Assembly: GCA_002269645.1 (NCBI GenBank)
Contig: NIVC01001208.1
Location: forward strand, 137,444 to 201,443
DNA from: Macrostomum lignano
Lineage: Eukaryota
Length of the DNA: 64,000 nt
Direction of reading: 5' to 3'
Each line of letters begins with the position of its first letter. The stretch's first letter is position 1. Shown piece after piece: positions 1 to 18,098 of this stretch. The notes below the pieces were generated by a model. It was not told the origin of the DNA. It ran no database searches and was given only the letters and a program-made list of their open reading frames with translations. A program made the translations under genes and the position numbers.

Positions 1-2669
1 AGACTGTTGAACAACCCGCTAGTGCAGACCTACCTGCCGGGCAGTTGCAAGCGAATTCACTTCTATCAGGAGCTGCTAATATTGTTCTGGAAAATGTGCG
101 ACATCAATAAGAAATTCATGTTCTACGTGTTGAAATCGTCGGACATATTGGACCTGTTGGTGCCTGTGCTGTACTATTTGAACGATGCCAGGGCCGATCA
201 GAGCCGCGTAGGCCTAATGCACATCGGAGTCTTCATACTGTTGTTGCTAAGCGGGGAAAGAAATTTCGGTGTCCGTCTTAACAAGCCGTACCAGATTCGA
301 GTGCCAATGGATATTCCCGTGTTCACAGGCACGCACGCTGACCTGCTTATCATTGTGTTTCACAAGATTATCACCACCGGCCATCAGCGCTTGCAGCCGC
401 TGTTTGACTGTCTGCTGACTATTGTTGTTAATGGTGAGCGATTCTGACTGCCTGAACCCATCTTGACTCATTCTGTACCTGTATAACCTTTCCTAGATGC
501 CATGGAAACAGTAGTAATAAAGCTTAGCGATTCCTCAGTACCAATTCAAACTTTTCATGACTTATAAGATTATTGCTGACCTTTATGACCCTTCTGAGCT
601 TTTATGATCCTCTCTGAACTTGTATTACCCAGTCTTCTGAACTTTTATCAATTATGACCCTTCTGAGCTTTAATGACCCCTTCTGAACTTTTATGAATTA
701 TGACCCTTCTGAGCTTTTATGATCCTCTCTGAACTTGTATCACCCAGTCTTCTGAACTTTTATGAATTATGACCCTTCTGAGCTTTAATGAACCCTTCTG
801 AACTTTTATGAATTATGACCCTTCTGAGCTTTTATGATCCTCTCTGAACTTGTATTACCCAGTATTCTGAACTTTTATTAATTATGACCCTTCTGAGCTT
901 TTATGACCCCTTCTGAACTTTTATGAATTATGACCCTTCTGAGCTTTTATGGCCCTTCCTAAACTTTCATGACCCTTCTGAGCTTTTATGATCCTCTTTG
1001 AACTTTTATTACCCAGTCTTTTGAACTTTTAATAATTATGACCCTTCTGAGCTTTTATGACCCCTTCTGAACTTTTATGAATTATGACCCTTCTGAGCTT
1101 TTATGACCCCTTCTGAGCTTTTATGACCCTTTCTAACCTTTCATTACCTTTATGAGATTTTATGACCCCTTCTGAGCTTTCATGACCCTTTCTGACCTTT
1201 TAAAACCCCTTCTGAGCTTTTATGACCCCTTCTGAACTTTTATGACCCTTCTGAGTTGTTTTGACCCCTTCTGAGCTTTTATGACCCTTTGTGAACTTTT
1301 ATTACCCTTCTGACCTTTCATGACCCCTTCTGAGCTTTTATGACCCAGTCTTCTGAACTTTTATGACCATTCTGACCTTTCATGACCCCTTCTGAGCTTT
1401 TATGACCCTTTTTGAACTTTTATTACCCTTCTAAACGTTTTTTATCCCTTCTGACCTTTTACGACTCTTGATCTTTATTGACTTTTTCACCTGTAGAACC
1501 TTCATGGCTCTTCATGACCATTTTTAACCATTAATGACTCTTTATAACTTTCTGACCTTTCGTGACCCTTTATGATCCTACTAACCCTTCACAAGCCTTT
1601 TTTGACTCAATTTGATTCTTCAAGACCTTCCCAGCGCATCATTTCTGATCATTCATAACCTATCCTGACTTGCCTTGACCAGGTCCAGTCTTATTACTAA
1701 GCTGCCAATCAAATTGATCTCGCCCGCAGTGTCGCCCTACCTGAAGAGCCTATCGATGGTGTCAGCTAACAAGCTGCTCCATCTATTGGAAGCGTTCAGC
1801 ACGCCTTGGTTCCTGTTTTCAACCCCCGGCAATCATCATTTAGTATTCTTCCTGCTGGAGGTGTTCAACAATATTATCCAGTACCAGTTTGATGGCAACA
1901 GCAGTTTGGTCTACTGCATCATCAGGAAGCGGGCCGTCTTTCATCAGCTGGCTAGCTTGGCTAGCGATCACGCCAGCATTGCGGGTATGCGGCTGTTGGT
2001 GCAGCTTGATTCAGGGTTCCTAATCCTAATGAGGATCTGTAGTGATCCCAATGAGGATCTGTAGTGATCCCAATGAGGATCTGTAGTGATTCCAATGAGG
2101 ATCTGTAATAATCCCAATGAGGATCTGTAATGATCCCAATGAGGATCTGTAATGATCCCAATGAGGATCTGTAATGATCCCAATGAGGATCTGTAATGAT
2201 CCCAATGAGGATCTGTAGTGATTCCAATGAGGATCTGTAATAATCCCAATGAGGATCTGTAATGATCCCAATGAGGATCTGTAGTGATCCCAATGAGGAT
2301 CTGTAGTGATCCCAATGAGGATCTGTAGTGATCCCAATGAGGATCTATAATGATCCCAATGAGGGTCTGCAGTGATCCCAATGAGGATCTGTAATGATCC
2401 CAATGAGAATCTTTAATGATCCCAATGAGGATCTGTAGTGATCCCAATGAGGATCTGTAATGATGATCCCAATGAGGATCTGTAATGATCCCAATTTTAG
2501 GTTGTCTGTGGATCCCTATTTCGTTACTTTTTTAAATCCCCATTTAGGCTTTTTAAAATATCCCAAACCAAAATGCTGTTCTGCAGGTGCCCTAGCTAAG
2601 AAGGCCACCGCCGGAGCCTCTGTTCGAAAGCAGCAACAACAGCAGCAGCAGCAGCAACAGCAGCAACAA

Positions 2670-2705
<36 letters not shown>

Positions 2706-4429
2706 AACTCGCAGCAGCACCCTGCCTCAGTGCAGTCCAACGCAAACGATTCCCAGGAAGGCTCAACGCCTGCGGCTCCAGCCGAGCCGGGCACCCTGAA
2801 GACGTCGCTAGAAGCGACTCCGGCTCTCACTAACATGACCGAGCGCTCCCCGGCCGACGCCGGCGCCGACGCCGACGCGAATTCCGGTGCGGCCGCTGTT
2901 GACGGGTCGACGCCTACGGCATCCAGCGACGGCGCAATCGCGACAACATCCGCCACCGTGCCCAAGACCAAACCCGTGCAGCAGGCGCCGCCGCCGCCGG
3001 CCACCCCGACGCCGTCAGTTACGTCGACAGCTTCATCGTCCACTGTCGGTTGGGTGGCCACGCCTGACTGGGTGTCCAGTTGGAAAAGCAAATTGCCGCT
3101 ACAGACTATTATGCGTCTGCTGCAGGTGCTGGTGCCGCAGGTTGAGAAGATTTGCATTGATAAGTGAGTTCTGAGTCTTGCTGATTATGGAGTAGCTTGG
3201 GTCAGGGATGTGTCTTTGTGGGTCAGGGATGTGTCTTTGTGGGTCAGGGATGTGTCTTTGTGGGTCAGGGATGTGTCTTTGTGGGTCAGGGATGTGTCTT
3301 TGTGGGTCAGGGATGTGTCTTTGTGGGTCAGGGATGTGTCTTTAGTTGGCCAATGGATGTCTTTGTGGGTCAGGGATGTGTCTTTAGTTGGCCAATGGAT
3401 GTCTTTGTGGGTCAGGGATGTGTCTTTAGTTGGCCAATGGATGTCTTTGTGGGTCAGGGATGTGTCTTTGTGGGTCAGGGATCCGGATGTGTCTTTGTGG
3501 GTCAGGGATGTGTCTTTGTGGGTCAGGGATCCGGATGTGTCTTTGTGGGTCAGGGATGTGTCTTTGTGGGTCAGGGATGTGTCTTTGTGGGTCAGGGATG
3601 TGTCTTTATGGGTCAGGGATGTGTTTTTTTTTTGGTCAGGGATATGTCATTAGTGGGTCAGGGATGTGTCTTTAGTGGATCAGGGATGTGTCTTTGTGGG
3701 TCAGGAATGTGTCTTTGTTGGTCAGGGATGTGTCTTTAGTGAGTCAGGGATGTTTTTGTGGATCAGCGATGTGTCTCTGTGGGTCAAGGAGGTGTCTTTG
3801 TGGGCCAGGGATGTATCTGGGTCATTAATGTATCTTTGTGGGTCAGGGATGTCTTTGTGGGTCAGGGATGTTTTTGTGGGTCAGGGATATGTCTTCGTGG
3901 GTTAGGGATGTGTTTCTTGTTGGCTAGGGATGTTTCTTGTTGGCTAGGGATGTTTATTGTGGGCTAGGGATGTTTCTTGTTGGCTAGGGATGTGTTTATT
4001 GTGGGTCAGAGATGTGTTTATTCTGAGTCAGGGATGTGCTTATTGATTGTTAGGGATGCGTTTGTAAGTCAGATATTTTTAGTTCGTGCCAGAGATGTCT
4101 ATATTTGTCTCTATGGAAGTGTACGCTCTGTGGATCAATGCGTGGAGATTTTAACTCAAAAATAAGTCGAGGTAAAATTGTTCAACTGCCCCCCTCACCA
4201 ATGCAGAGGCCTCACTGACGACTCGGAGATTCTGAAATTTCTCCAGCACGGCACCCTGGTGGGCCTCCTGCCCGTGCCGCACCCGATCCTAATTAGGAAA
4301 TATCAGGCCAACGCTGGCACCACCATCTGGTTCAGGACCTACATGTGGGGCGTTATCTACCTGCGCAATGTGGATCCGCCAATCTGGTACGACACTGACG
4401 TCAGGCTGTTTGAGATTCAGCGAGTTTGA
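1..4429 (+). CDS. HID1: HID1 (Golgi/dense-core vesicle maturation protein), 3' part; 5' exons lie outside the window
   Basis: Exons <1..433, 1730..1984, 2587..3163, 4207..4429 join in frame with GT-AG sites (phases 1,1,2; 1488 nt). The peptide follows HID1 closely: QTYLP..FYQELLILFWK, GERNFGVRLNKPY, VVN/VSPYLKSLSM, PAAPAEPGTLKTSL, SWKSKLPLQTIMRLLQVLVPQVEKICIDK/GLTDDSEIL and the C-terminal WYDTDVRLFEIQRV*. Confidence 0.95.
575..1600. repeat. Degenerate ~19-20 bp minisatellite (TGACCCTTCTGAGCTTTTA) in HID1 intron
   Basis: Direct tandem copies are visible, with a longer composite period. Confidence 0.85.
2025..2492. repeat. 22-bp minisatellite (AGTGATCCCAATGAGGATCTGT) in HID1 intron
   Basis: About 20 tandem copies. 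Confidence 0.9.
3197..3975. repeat. 21-bp minisatellite (GGGTCAGGGATGTGTCTTTGT) in HID1 intron
   Basis: Tandem copies that degenerate towards the 3' side. Confidence 0.9.
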
Positions 4430-5739
4430 TTGAGTACGGCCGGGACTCAAGAGATATCAATGTTGGGATGAATTTTTATTTTTTTTTATCTCCATTAGGG
4501 CCATAGACAATATGAGCATTGATCTGGTGTGGATTTCCATCTGTCAAATTGACTGCTTCACACAACCTCTTTTGGGCCATAGACAATAAAAAGCAAGTGT
4601 TTAATAGTTTGAATCTTCCAACTAAGGATTAAAAATAGCAGTTTGTTTCATTCAATACTAAAATAGTCTATGGTCCTAACTCCTTGGCCATAGAAATTTA
4701 TTTAGTAATCCGTTAAATCTGTCAGTTAGTCTGCCCAAAAACATTGGACTGATTTTACATTTTATTGAGTGAGCCTACTTTAAGTAGCTTTGAAAGGGGT
4801 ATTTTTCTAATTAATGGGTCAGGACGCATAAGATTATTAATTAGTACATGCGTTGGTTGTCTTCAGTCTTTTTAATATCCGCTATTATTGATAATTAAAA
4901 TGAGTTATTGATTTTTGTTTTTTGGCTTCTCTAACGTTGGTTTTAAAGGCTTTAAAATTCAATAAATTCTGATTGCTGATAAGCCTGTCTTGTGTTTTAC
5001 CTTCAAAATTAATTATCCTTGTTTATGCTACTAATTTACAAAGTACATAGTGTCACTGATTTGCGTGTTATTAAAAAAATTCAACTAATTAAAACAGATT
5101 GTTAATCAGTGTTTTCGTCATATTTTAAGCGTTGTTAGCTAAAATAATTATATTTGCCTACTTCCACGTGTTGTACTAATATTTGTTTTAGTTATTAACT
5201 GTACTTACAATCTTCATAAATTCTGTCACTAGTAAGTAAAGCTCTGTAAAATATGTAATTGAATTTTTGTTTAACTTGTGAGTCACAAAATTATAAATCT
5301 TATTTAAAATTTTCGTATTCTCCGTGACACTGCTTTATTTAAATATATTTTGTTTTAATCAAACTATTATTTACACTTGGACATATGCATATATGACACA
5401 TGTACTACTAGTGCACTTTGGGTACTTAGCATACTAATTTATGAGCATGAGTCCATGACTAGAGCCCTTTTTAATGGCGTTAAAAATACTTTATAGACGA
5501 TTTAGATAGTGATAAAATATTGTGTTGTCTCTGGCATAATTTTATTCTAAAGTGTAATTATAACATTTTTTGTTTGAAACTTCTCTATTAGTTAATAAAC
5601 TACGTTTTCTTGATATTTTGCTTAAAACTTTTTTTTGTTCCTGAATAAGAATTTTGAATTTATATTTACAAATTGTAGAGAATTACTCTTTTGGTGGCAG
5701 TGAAATGTTATTTAGATTTACACACTTATATAAACCAAC

Positions 5740-6235
5740 CACCACAGACCCCAACCCCCACAAGCCGAATCCCCACGGACACAAACCCCCCCCCCACAGG
5801 CCCCACCCCCCTCAGACCCAACCCCCACAGACCCCAACCCCTGCAGACCCAACCCCACAGACCCAACACCCGCAAACCCTAACCCACAGAGACCCCAACC
5901 CCCACAGACCCCAGCCCCCACAGACCCAACCCCCAGAGACCCCAACCCCCACAGACCCCAGCCCCCACAGACCCAACCCCCACAGACCCCAGCCCCACAG
6001 ACCCAACCCCCACAGACCCCACAGACCCAACCCCCAGAGACCCCAACCCCCACAGACCCCAGCCCCCACAGACCCAACCCCCACAGACCCCAGCCCCACA
6101 GACCCAACCCCACAGACCCCAGCCCCACAGACGCCAACCTCCACAGACCCCAGCCCCCACAGACGCCAACCTCCACAGACCCCAGCCCCCACAGGACCAG
6201 CCCCACAGACTCCAACCCACCTACAGACCCCAGCA
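5740..6235. repeat. ~16-bp C-rich minisatellite (CCCAACCCCCACAGAC)
   Basis: Tandem copies with strong strand asymmetry. Confidence 0.9.
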
Positions 6236-6739
6236 CAGAAGACATCTTTAACTATTGAATTTTGCTATATTAGGCCTCATCTAAAAAGATTTATTTATTC
6301 TTTTATCCATTCCATAATTATGAATCCTTTTATAGCTCGTCCTTTGTGTTCCGTGAAGAGTTTATCTTATTATAAAGCATTTTTTCAATGCGAATATATT
6401 AATTATAATATTTTTGCCGGCAGTACGCATTAGCTTTAGTTACTGTTATTAATATTTTTACTTTTTCCTTCAATCGATGCTTGCATCAGCTTGCTTGCAC
6501 TCTGTTCCGTGCCTGTGTGTCTCATGTCCACCATCTCTCATCTGGCTTTTTGTCGTCTGTTTTGACTATATAAACAAACATGATAAATGAAAATATAAAA
6601 GTGTCTAGCTGACAGTTAACGTGGCGCACACAATCTCTAGATTTACCGTCTGTTTTAATGTTGTTAAATATGCTTGTTTTAGATTACTGTTAATCCGGTA
6701 TACTTAATTTTCCATCGTTTGCTCAACCCAATAACCATC

Positions 6740-7600
6740 ATATGCTCAGTTGCTGGGCCAGCATCCCAGATCCTCAATTGCTGGGCCAGCCTCCCAGATA
6801 CTCAGTTGCTGGACCAGCCTCCCAGATCCTCAGTTGCTGGGCCAGCCTCCCAGATCCTCAATTGCTGGGCCAGCCTCCCAGATCCTCAGTTGCTGGACCA
6901 GCCTCCCAGATCCTCAGTTGCTGGGCCAGCCTCCCAGATCCTCAGTTGCTGGGCCAGCCTCCCAGATCCTCAGTTGCTGGGCCAGCCTCCCAGATACTCA
7001 GTTGCTGGGCCAGCCTCCCAGATCCTCAGTTGCTGGACCAGCCTCCCAGATCCTCAGTTGCTGGGCCAGCCTCCCAGATCTGCATTTGCTGGGCCAGCCT
7101 CCCAGATCCTCAGCTGCTGGGCCAGCCTCCCAGATCCTTAGTTGCTGGGCCAGCCTCCCAGATCGTCAGTTGCTGGGCCAGCCTCCCAGATCCTCAGTTG
7201 CTGGGCCAGCCTCCCAGATCGTCAGTTGCTGGGCCAGCCTCCCAGATCGTCAGTTGCTGGGCCAGCCTCCCAGATCCTCAGTTGCTGGGCCAGCCTCCCA
7301 GATCCTCAGTTGCTGGGCCAGCCTCCCAGATCGTCAGTTGCTGGGCCAGCCTCGGAGATCCTCAGTTGCTGGGCCAGCCTCTGAGATCCTCAGTTGCTGT
7401 GCCAGCCTCCCAGATTCTCAGTTGCTGGGCCAGCCTCCCAGATCCGCAGTTGCTGGGCCAGCCTCCCAGATCCGCAGTTGCTGGGCCAGCCTCCCAGTTG
7501 CTGGACCAGCCTCCCAGTTGCTGGGCCAGCCTCCCAGATCTTCAGTGTCTGGGCCAGCTTCCTAGAGTGTCAGTTGCTGGGCCAACCTCCCAGATCCTCA
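6740..7600. repeat. 28-bp minisatellite (CTCCCAGATCCTCAGTTGCTGGGCCAGC)
   Basis: About 30 copies. The same unit recurs reverse-complemented at ~20270-20332 and ~23165-23615. Confidence 0.92.
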
Positions 7601-7994
7601 GTAGCTCAGTCTACGAGCGTACTGACATTTCTAATTATTCCCAAAACAGTTTTTCATTAATAATTCGAACTGACTCGGACGCCGATCAAAACGCAGGTGA
7701 AGTAGTGCATAAACAGACGGTTGCCTCTGTCAATGCCTGTCCATTGAGAATCGTAGGCAGTACGTTGTAGTCAGAAATCTTTGTTTCAGTTGCATAGAAC
7801 TACTAATTGAAACAATCAATGGACTTACATAAGGGGACAAATTTATTTCTATGAAATTTCATGCGCAAAGCTGTTGTATCATCAGTTTTTTGGTACAGTT
7901 GACTACAGCTTAAAAGTGCATGCAGTGTTGGAACAGTCTTGAGAAAGCCAGAGGAGTACGATGCATTTACATGTACATGCATGCTTATCTGCAC

Positions 7995-8088
7995 CGTCTG
8001 TCTGTCTGTCTGTTTGTCTCTGTCTGTCTGTCCTTCTGTCTGTCTGTGTGTGTCTGTCTGTCTGTCTGTCTGTCTGTGTCTGTCTGGC

Positions 8089-8137
<49 letters not shown>

Positions 8138-8350
8138 GTCTGTCTGTCTGTCTGTCTGTCTGGCTGTCTGTCTGGCTGTGTGTCTGTCTTTCTGTCTGTC
8201 TGTCTGTCCGTTTGTTTGTCTCTGTCTTTCTGTCTGTCTGTGTGTGTGTGTGTGTGTCTGTCTGGGTCTGCCTGTCTGTCTGTCTGTCTGTCTGTGTGTG
8301 TGTGTGTGTGTGTCTGTGTGTGTCTGTCTGTCCTTCTGTCTGTCTGTGTG

Positions 8351-8381
<31 letters not shown>

Positions 8382-8498
8382 GTCTGTCTGTCTGTCTGTC
8401 TGTGTCTGTCTGTCTGTCTGTCTGGCTGTCTGTCTGTGTGTCTGTCTGGCTGTCTGTCTGTCTGTGTGTTTGTCTGTCTGTCTGTCTATCTGTCTGTG

Positions 8499-8533
<35 letters not shown>

Positions 8534-8540
8534 GTCTGGC

Positions 8541-8583
<43 letters not shown>

Positions 8584-8750
8584 TTGTCTCTGTCTTTCTG
8601 TCTGTGTGTGTGTGTGTATGTGTGTGTCTGTCTGTCTTCCTGTCTGTCTGTCTGTCTGTCTGTCTGTGTGTGTCTGTCTGTCCGTCTTCCTGTCTGTGTG
8701 TGTCTGTCTGTCTGTCTGTCTGTCTGTGTGTCTGTCTGTCTGTCTGTCTG

Positions 8751-8793
<43 letters not shown>

Positions 8794-8904
8794 GTCTGTC
8801 TGTCTGTCTGTCTGTCTGGCTGTGTCTGTCTGGCTGTCTGTCTGGCTGTGTGTCTGTCGTTCTGTCTGTCTGTCTGTCTGTTTGTTTGTCTCTGTCTTTC
8901 TGTC

Positions 8905-8944
<40 letters not shown>

Positions 8945-8974
8945 TGTCTGGGTCTGCCTGTCTGTCTGTCTGTC

Positions 8975-9010
<36 letters not shown>

Positions 9011-9292
9011 TGTGTGTGTCTGTCTGTCCTTCTGTCTGTCTGTGTGTGTCTGTCTGTCTGTCTGTCTGTCTGTGTGTCTGTCTGTCTGTCTGTCTGTCTG
9101 TCTGGCTGTCTGTCTGGCTGTGTGTCTGTCTTTCTGTCTGTCTGTCTGTCCGTTTGTTTGTCTCTGTCTTTCTGTCTGTCTGTGTGTGTGTGTGTGTGTC
9201 TGTCTGGGTCTGCCTGTCTGTCTGTCTGTCTGTCTGTGTGTGTGTGTGTGTGTGTCTGTGTGTGTCTGTCTGTCCTTCTGTCTGTCTGTGTG

Positions 9293-9323
<31 letters not shown>

Positions 9324-9440
9324 GTCTGTCTGTCTGTCTGTCTGTGTCTGTCTGTCTGTCTGTCTGGCTGTCTGTCTGTGTGTCTGTCTGGCTGTCTGTC
9401 TCTCTGTGTGTTTGTCTGTCTGTCTGTCTATCTGTCTGTG

Positions 9441-9475
<35 letters not shown>

Positions 9476-9482
9476 GTCTGGC

Positions 9483-9533
<51 letters not shown>

Positions 9534-9548
9534 TTGTCTCTGTCTTTC

Positions 9549-9579
<31 letters not shown>

Positions 9580-9702
9580 CTGTCTGTCTTCCTGTCTGTC
9601 TGTCTGTCTGTCTGTCTGTGTGTGTCTGTCTGTCCGTCTTCCTGTCTGTGTGTGTCTGTCTGTCTGTCTGTCTGTCTGTGTGTCTGTCTGTCTGTCTGTC
9701 TG

Positions 9703-9745
<43 letters not shown>

Positions 9746-9856
9746 GTCTGTCTGTCTGTCTGTCTGTCTGGCTGTGTCTGTCTGGCTGTCTGTCTGGCTG
9801 TGTGTCTGTCGTTCTGTCTGTCTGTCTGTCTGTTTGTTTGTCTCTGTCTTTCTGTC

Positions 9857-9906
<50 letters not shown>

Positions 9907-9936
9907 TGTCTGGGTCTGCCTGTCTGTCTGTCTGTC

Positions 9937-9969
<33 letters not shown>

Positions 9970-10064
9970 CTGTGTGTGTCTGTCTGTCCTTCTGTCTGTC
10001 TGTGTGTGTCTGTCTGTCTGTCTGTCTGTCTGTGTGTCTGTCTGTCTCTCTGTCTGTCTGTCTG

Positions 10065-10103
<39 letters not shown>

Positions 10104-10122
10104 GTCTGTCTGTCTGGCTGTG

Positions 10123-10165
<43 letters not shown>

Positions 10166-10245
10166 TTGTCTCTGTCTTTCTGTCTGTCTGTGTGTGTGTG
10201 TGTGTGTCTGTCTGTGTCTGTCCACCTGTCTGTCTGTCTGCTCTA
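7995..10245. repeat. Compound (TCTG)n/(TG)n microsatellite, ~2.25 kb
   Basis: Direct reading; it begins right after the K2P stop codon on the minus strand. Confidence 0.95.
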
Positions 10246-10249
10246 TCAG

Positions 10250-14420
<4,171 letters not shown>

Positions 14421-14549
14421 GGCGCTGATTTTGGATTGCTGATTCGCTGACTTCGAGTTGCCTGCAGATTTGGCGAGAATATCTCAGTGACTCTGATCGA
14501 GTAGCTGCTTATTTCGAGCAGCCTGCCTCAGTATCAGTCCGTCATTCAA

Positions 14550-15265
14550 GTAGCCTGTCAGTCTAGTAGCCTGTCACTCTGGTAGCCTGTCAGTCTAGTA
14601 GCCTGTCAGTCTAGTAGCCTTTCACTCTGGTAGCCTGTCACTCTAGTAATAGTTTGTCACTTTATTAGCCTGTCACTTTATTAGCCTGTCACTCTATTAG
14701 CCTGTCACTCTATTAGCCTGTCACTCTATTAGCCTGTCACTCTATTAGCCTGTCACTCTATTAGCCTGTCACTCTAGTAGTAGCCTGTCACTCTAGTAGC
14801 CTGTCACTCTAGTAGTAGCCTGTCACTCTAGTAGTAGCCTGTCACTCTAGTAGTAGCCTGTCACTCTAGTAGTAGCCTGTCACTCTAGTAGTAGCCTTTC
14901 ACTCTAGTAGTAGCCTGTCACTCTAGTAGTAGCCTGTCACTCTAGTAGTAGCCTGTCACTCTAGTAGTAGCCTGTCACTCTAGTAGTAGCCTGTCACTCT
15001 AGTAGTAGCCTGTCACTCTAGTAGTAGCCTGTCACTCTAGCGACCCGTTACTCTAGCGACCTGTCACTCTAGCGACCTGTCACTCTAGTAGTATCCTGTC
15101 ACTCTAGCGACCTGTCACTCTAGTAGTATCCTGTCACTCTAGCGACCCGTTACTCTAGCGACCTGTCACTCTAGCGACCTGTCACTCTAGCGACCTGTCA
15201 CTCTAGCGACCTGTCACTCTAGCGACCTGTCACTCTAGCGACCTGTCACTCTAGTAGTAGACTGT
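14550..15265. repeat. 16-19 bp minisatellite (AGCCTGTCACTCTAGTAGT)
   Basis: Tandem copies just upstream of the K2P start. Confidence 0.9.
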
Positions 15266-15874
15266 CAGTCTGGTACCTAACTGATGACCAACATGATTAA
15301 CTGATCAAAATACGAGTTTGAACTCATTTTTCACAGTGCCCACCAAGAAAAGGCGGTATTTCACTCACGAAAATGCGCTTTGACTCTTCAGTTTATTCCG
15401 AAATCTTAGTGCTATGGTAAATAAATCACTTTTTCAGGCATGCTGGCCAGAAACTTCTTACAGGACAGACTCGGGATTCCTCCCAGGTTGTTGATATCTG
15501 AGTTATTCGGGCTGCTTATTCGACCAGATCTGTGCGACCAATGCCTGCGATTTTGATTGGCTATGGAGACCCCGAAGTCTTGATGTGAGCTCATGTTTAA
15601 GAAATACATGCTTCTGTTCTCAATGTTCGAGGCTTGTCCAGCTATAGCTATAGGACTAGGTGAGAATAGATTTCTTGTGAAGAGAATGGATGAAATAGAA
15701 TAATACTAGATTGGATTAGATGAGGTTTGGTGAGACTTTTCAAGATGAAAGCTGAGAATTTATGAGACTGGGAGAGATTAGATGAAATTTGGGTTGGAGA
15801 TGAAATTGTATCAGATTTTTTTGACATGGAATGAGAATTTTTAAGTTTGAGAGTTTTGGTGAGTTTTGGTGAGA

Positions 15875-16608
15875 CGGAGGGAGATGGGGTGAGATGTGGT
15901 GAGATGGGGTAAGATGGGATGAGGTGGAGTGAGATGGGGTGAGATGAGGTGAGATGAGGTGAGATTGGGTGAGATGTGGTGAGATGGGGTTAGATGAGGT
16001 GAGATGGGGTGAGATGAGGTGAGATGGGGTGAGATGAGGTTAGATGAGGTGAGATGGGGTGAGATGGGGTTAGATGAGGTGAGATGGGGTAAGATGGGAT
16101 GAGGTGGGGTTAGATGAGGTGAGATGGGGTGGGATGGGGTGAGATAGGGTTAGATGAGGTGAGATGGGTTAGATGAGGTGAGATGGGATGAGATGGGGTG
16201 AGATGGGGTGAGATGGGGTGAGATGGGGTTAGATGGGGTGAGATGGGGTTAGATGGGGTGAGATGGGGTTAGATGAGGTGAGATGGGGTAAGATGGGATG
16301 AGGTGGGGTTAGATGAGGTGAGATGGGGTGGGATGGGGTGAGATAGGGTTAGATGAGGTGAGATGGGTGAGATGGGGTGAGATGGGATGAGATGGGGTGA
16401 GATGGGGTTAGATGGGGTGAGATGGGGTAAGATGGGGTGAGATGGGGTGAGATGGGGTGAGATGGGTGAGATGGAATGAGATGGATGAGAAGAGGTGAAA
16501 TGTCGTGAGATGCGGCTAGATGGGGTGAGATCCTGTGAGATGGGGTGAGATGGTGTGAGATGGGGTGAGATGGGGTGAGATGGGGTGAGATGGGGTGAGA
16601 TGGGGTCT
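15875..16608. repeat. 10-bp G-rich repeat (GATGGGGTGA)n
   Basis: Direct reading. Confidence 0.9.
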
Positions 16609-17049
16609 TATCTAAGTCGAATGAATAGAACTCAACGACAGTATCATTATCAACCACAGAACTCTCAAAGTTGTTTTTTCCTCTTCAAAAACTCAACTTT
16701 TAGACACCCGAAATGCAATTTAACAGGCGCTAAGAGGTCGTTGCTTTGCAAATTTAGGTTGGGTAGTGAGGCCGGTTCCCCCTAGGATTGGAGTGTGAGA
16801 GTACAATTTCAAGCCCGATTCCATTTCAGGGATAAATTTCCCTGGGGAACACAAGTGCGGTGGATTCAAGGGCTGCATCCTCTGCTTAACTCGTAAATTT
16901 CTCTGAAAAAAAGTTTGTTTCATTCAATGAATTGCCATGAATGTGCATAAATTTTAATTTGGACAAATGCTCAAAACCCCAGGGACTTTATTGGGTGAGA
17001 TGGGTGAGAGCCTTTTCTCTAAATTCTAAATTCTCTAAGGGTGCCTGTA

Positions 17050-18098
17050 GGTACCAGCATGAGACACACTAGATCAGTGTGTAATACCAGCATGAGACAC
17101 ACTAGATCAGTGTGTGAATACCAGCATGAGACACACTAGATCAGCGTGTAAATACCAGCATGAGACACACCAGATCAGTGTGTAAATACCAGCATGAGAC
17201 ACACCAGATCAGTGTGTAAATACCAGCATGAGACACACCAGATCAGTGTGTAAATATCAGCATGAGACACAGATCAGTGTGTAATACCAGCATGAGACAC
17301 ACCAGATCAGTGTGTAAATACCAGCATGAGACACACCAGATCAGTGTGTAAATACCAGCATGAGACACACCAGATCAGTGTGTAAATACCAGCATGAGAC
17401 ACACCAGATCAGCGTGTAAATACCAGCATGAGACACACCAGATCAGCGTGTAATACCAGCGTGAGACACACCAGATCAGCGTGTAAATACCAGCATGAGA
17501 CACACCAGATCAGCGTGTAATACCAGCATGAGACACACTAGATCTGCGTGTAAATACCAGCATGAGACACACCAGATCAGCGTGTAAATACCAGCATGAG
17601 ACACACCAGATCAGCGTGTAAATACCAGCATGAAACACACCAAATCTGTGTGTAAATACCAGCATGAGACACACCAGATCAGCGTGTAAATACCAGCATG
17701 AAACACACCAGATCAGCGTGTAAATACCAGCATGAGACACACCAGATCAGCGTGTAAATACCAGCATGAGACACACCAAATCTGTGTGTAAATACCAGCA
17801 GGAGACACACCAGATCAGTGTGTAAATACCAGCATGAGACACACCAGATCAGCGTGTAAATACCAGCATGAGACACACCAAATCTGCGTGTAAATACCAG
17901 CATGAAACACACCAAATCTGTGTGTAAATACCAGCAGGAGACACATAAGATCTGCGTGTAAATACCAGCATGAGACACACCAGATCAGCGTGTAAATACC
18001 AGCATGAGACACACCAAATCTGTGTGTAAATACCAGCAGGAGACACACCAGATCTGCGTGTAAATACCAGCATGAGACACAGATCAGTGTGTAATGCC
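17050..18098. repeat. 34-bp minisatellite (TACCAGCATGAGACACACCAGATCAGCGTGTAAA)
   Basis: About 30 copies. Confidence 0.92.

Noticed and set aside
6719-7770. ORFs with PDPQLLGQPPRSSVAGPASQ repeats in all frames
   Set aside because: The 28-bp unit is not a multiple of 3 and is open in several frames; the same DNA repeat occurs in an intron elsewhere.
14461-14464. Acceptor-like CTGCAG ~40 nt upstream of the K2P ATG (and TTTCAG upstream of KCNMB-like B) as spliced-leader trans-splice sites
   Set aside because: They cannot be distinguished from ordinary 5' UTR intron acceptors or chance AGs without SL-containing reads.
17050-18098. Regular 34-bp repeats (also the 32- and 33-bp arrays) resembling CRISPR repeat length
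   Set aside because: The units are head-to-tail with no unique spacers, the context is eukaryotic, and there are no cas genes.
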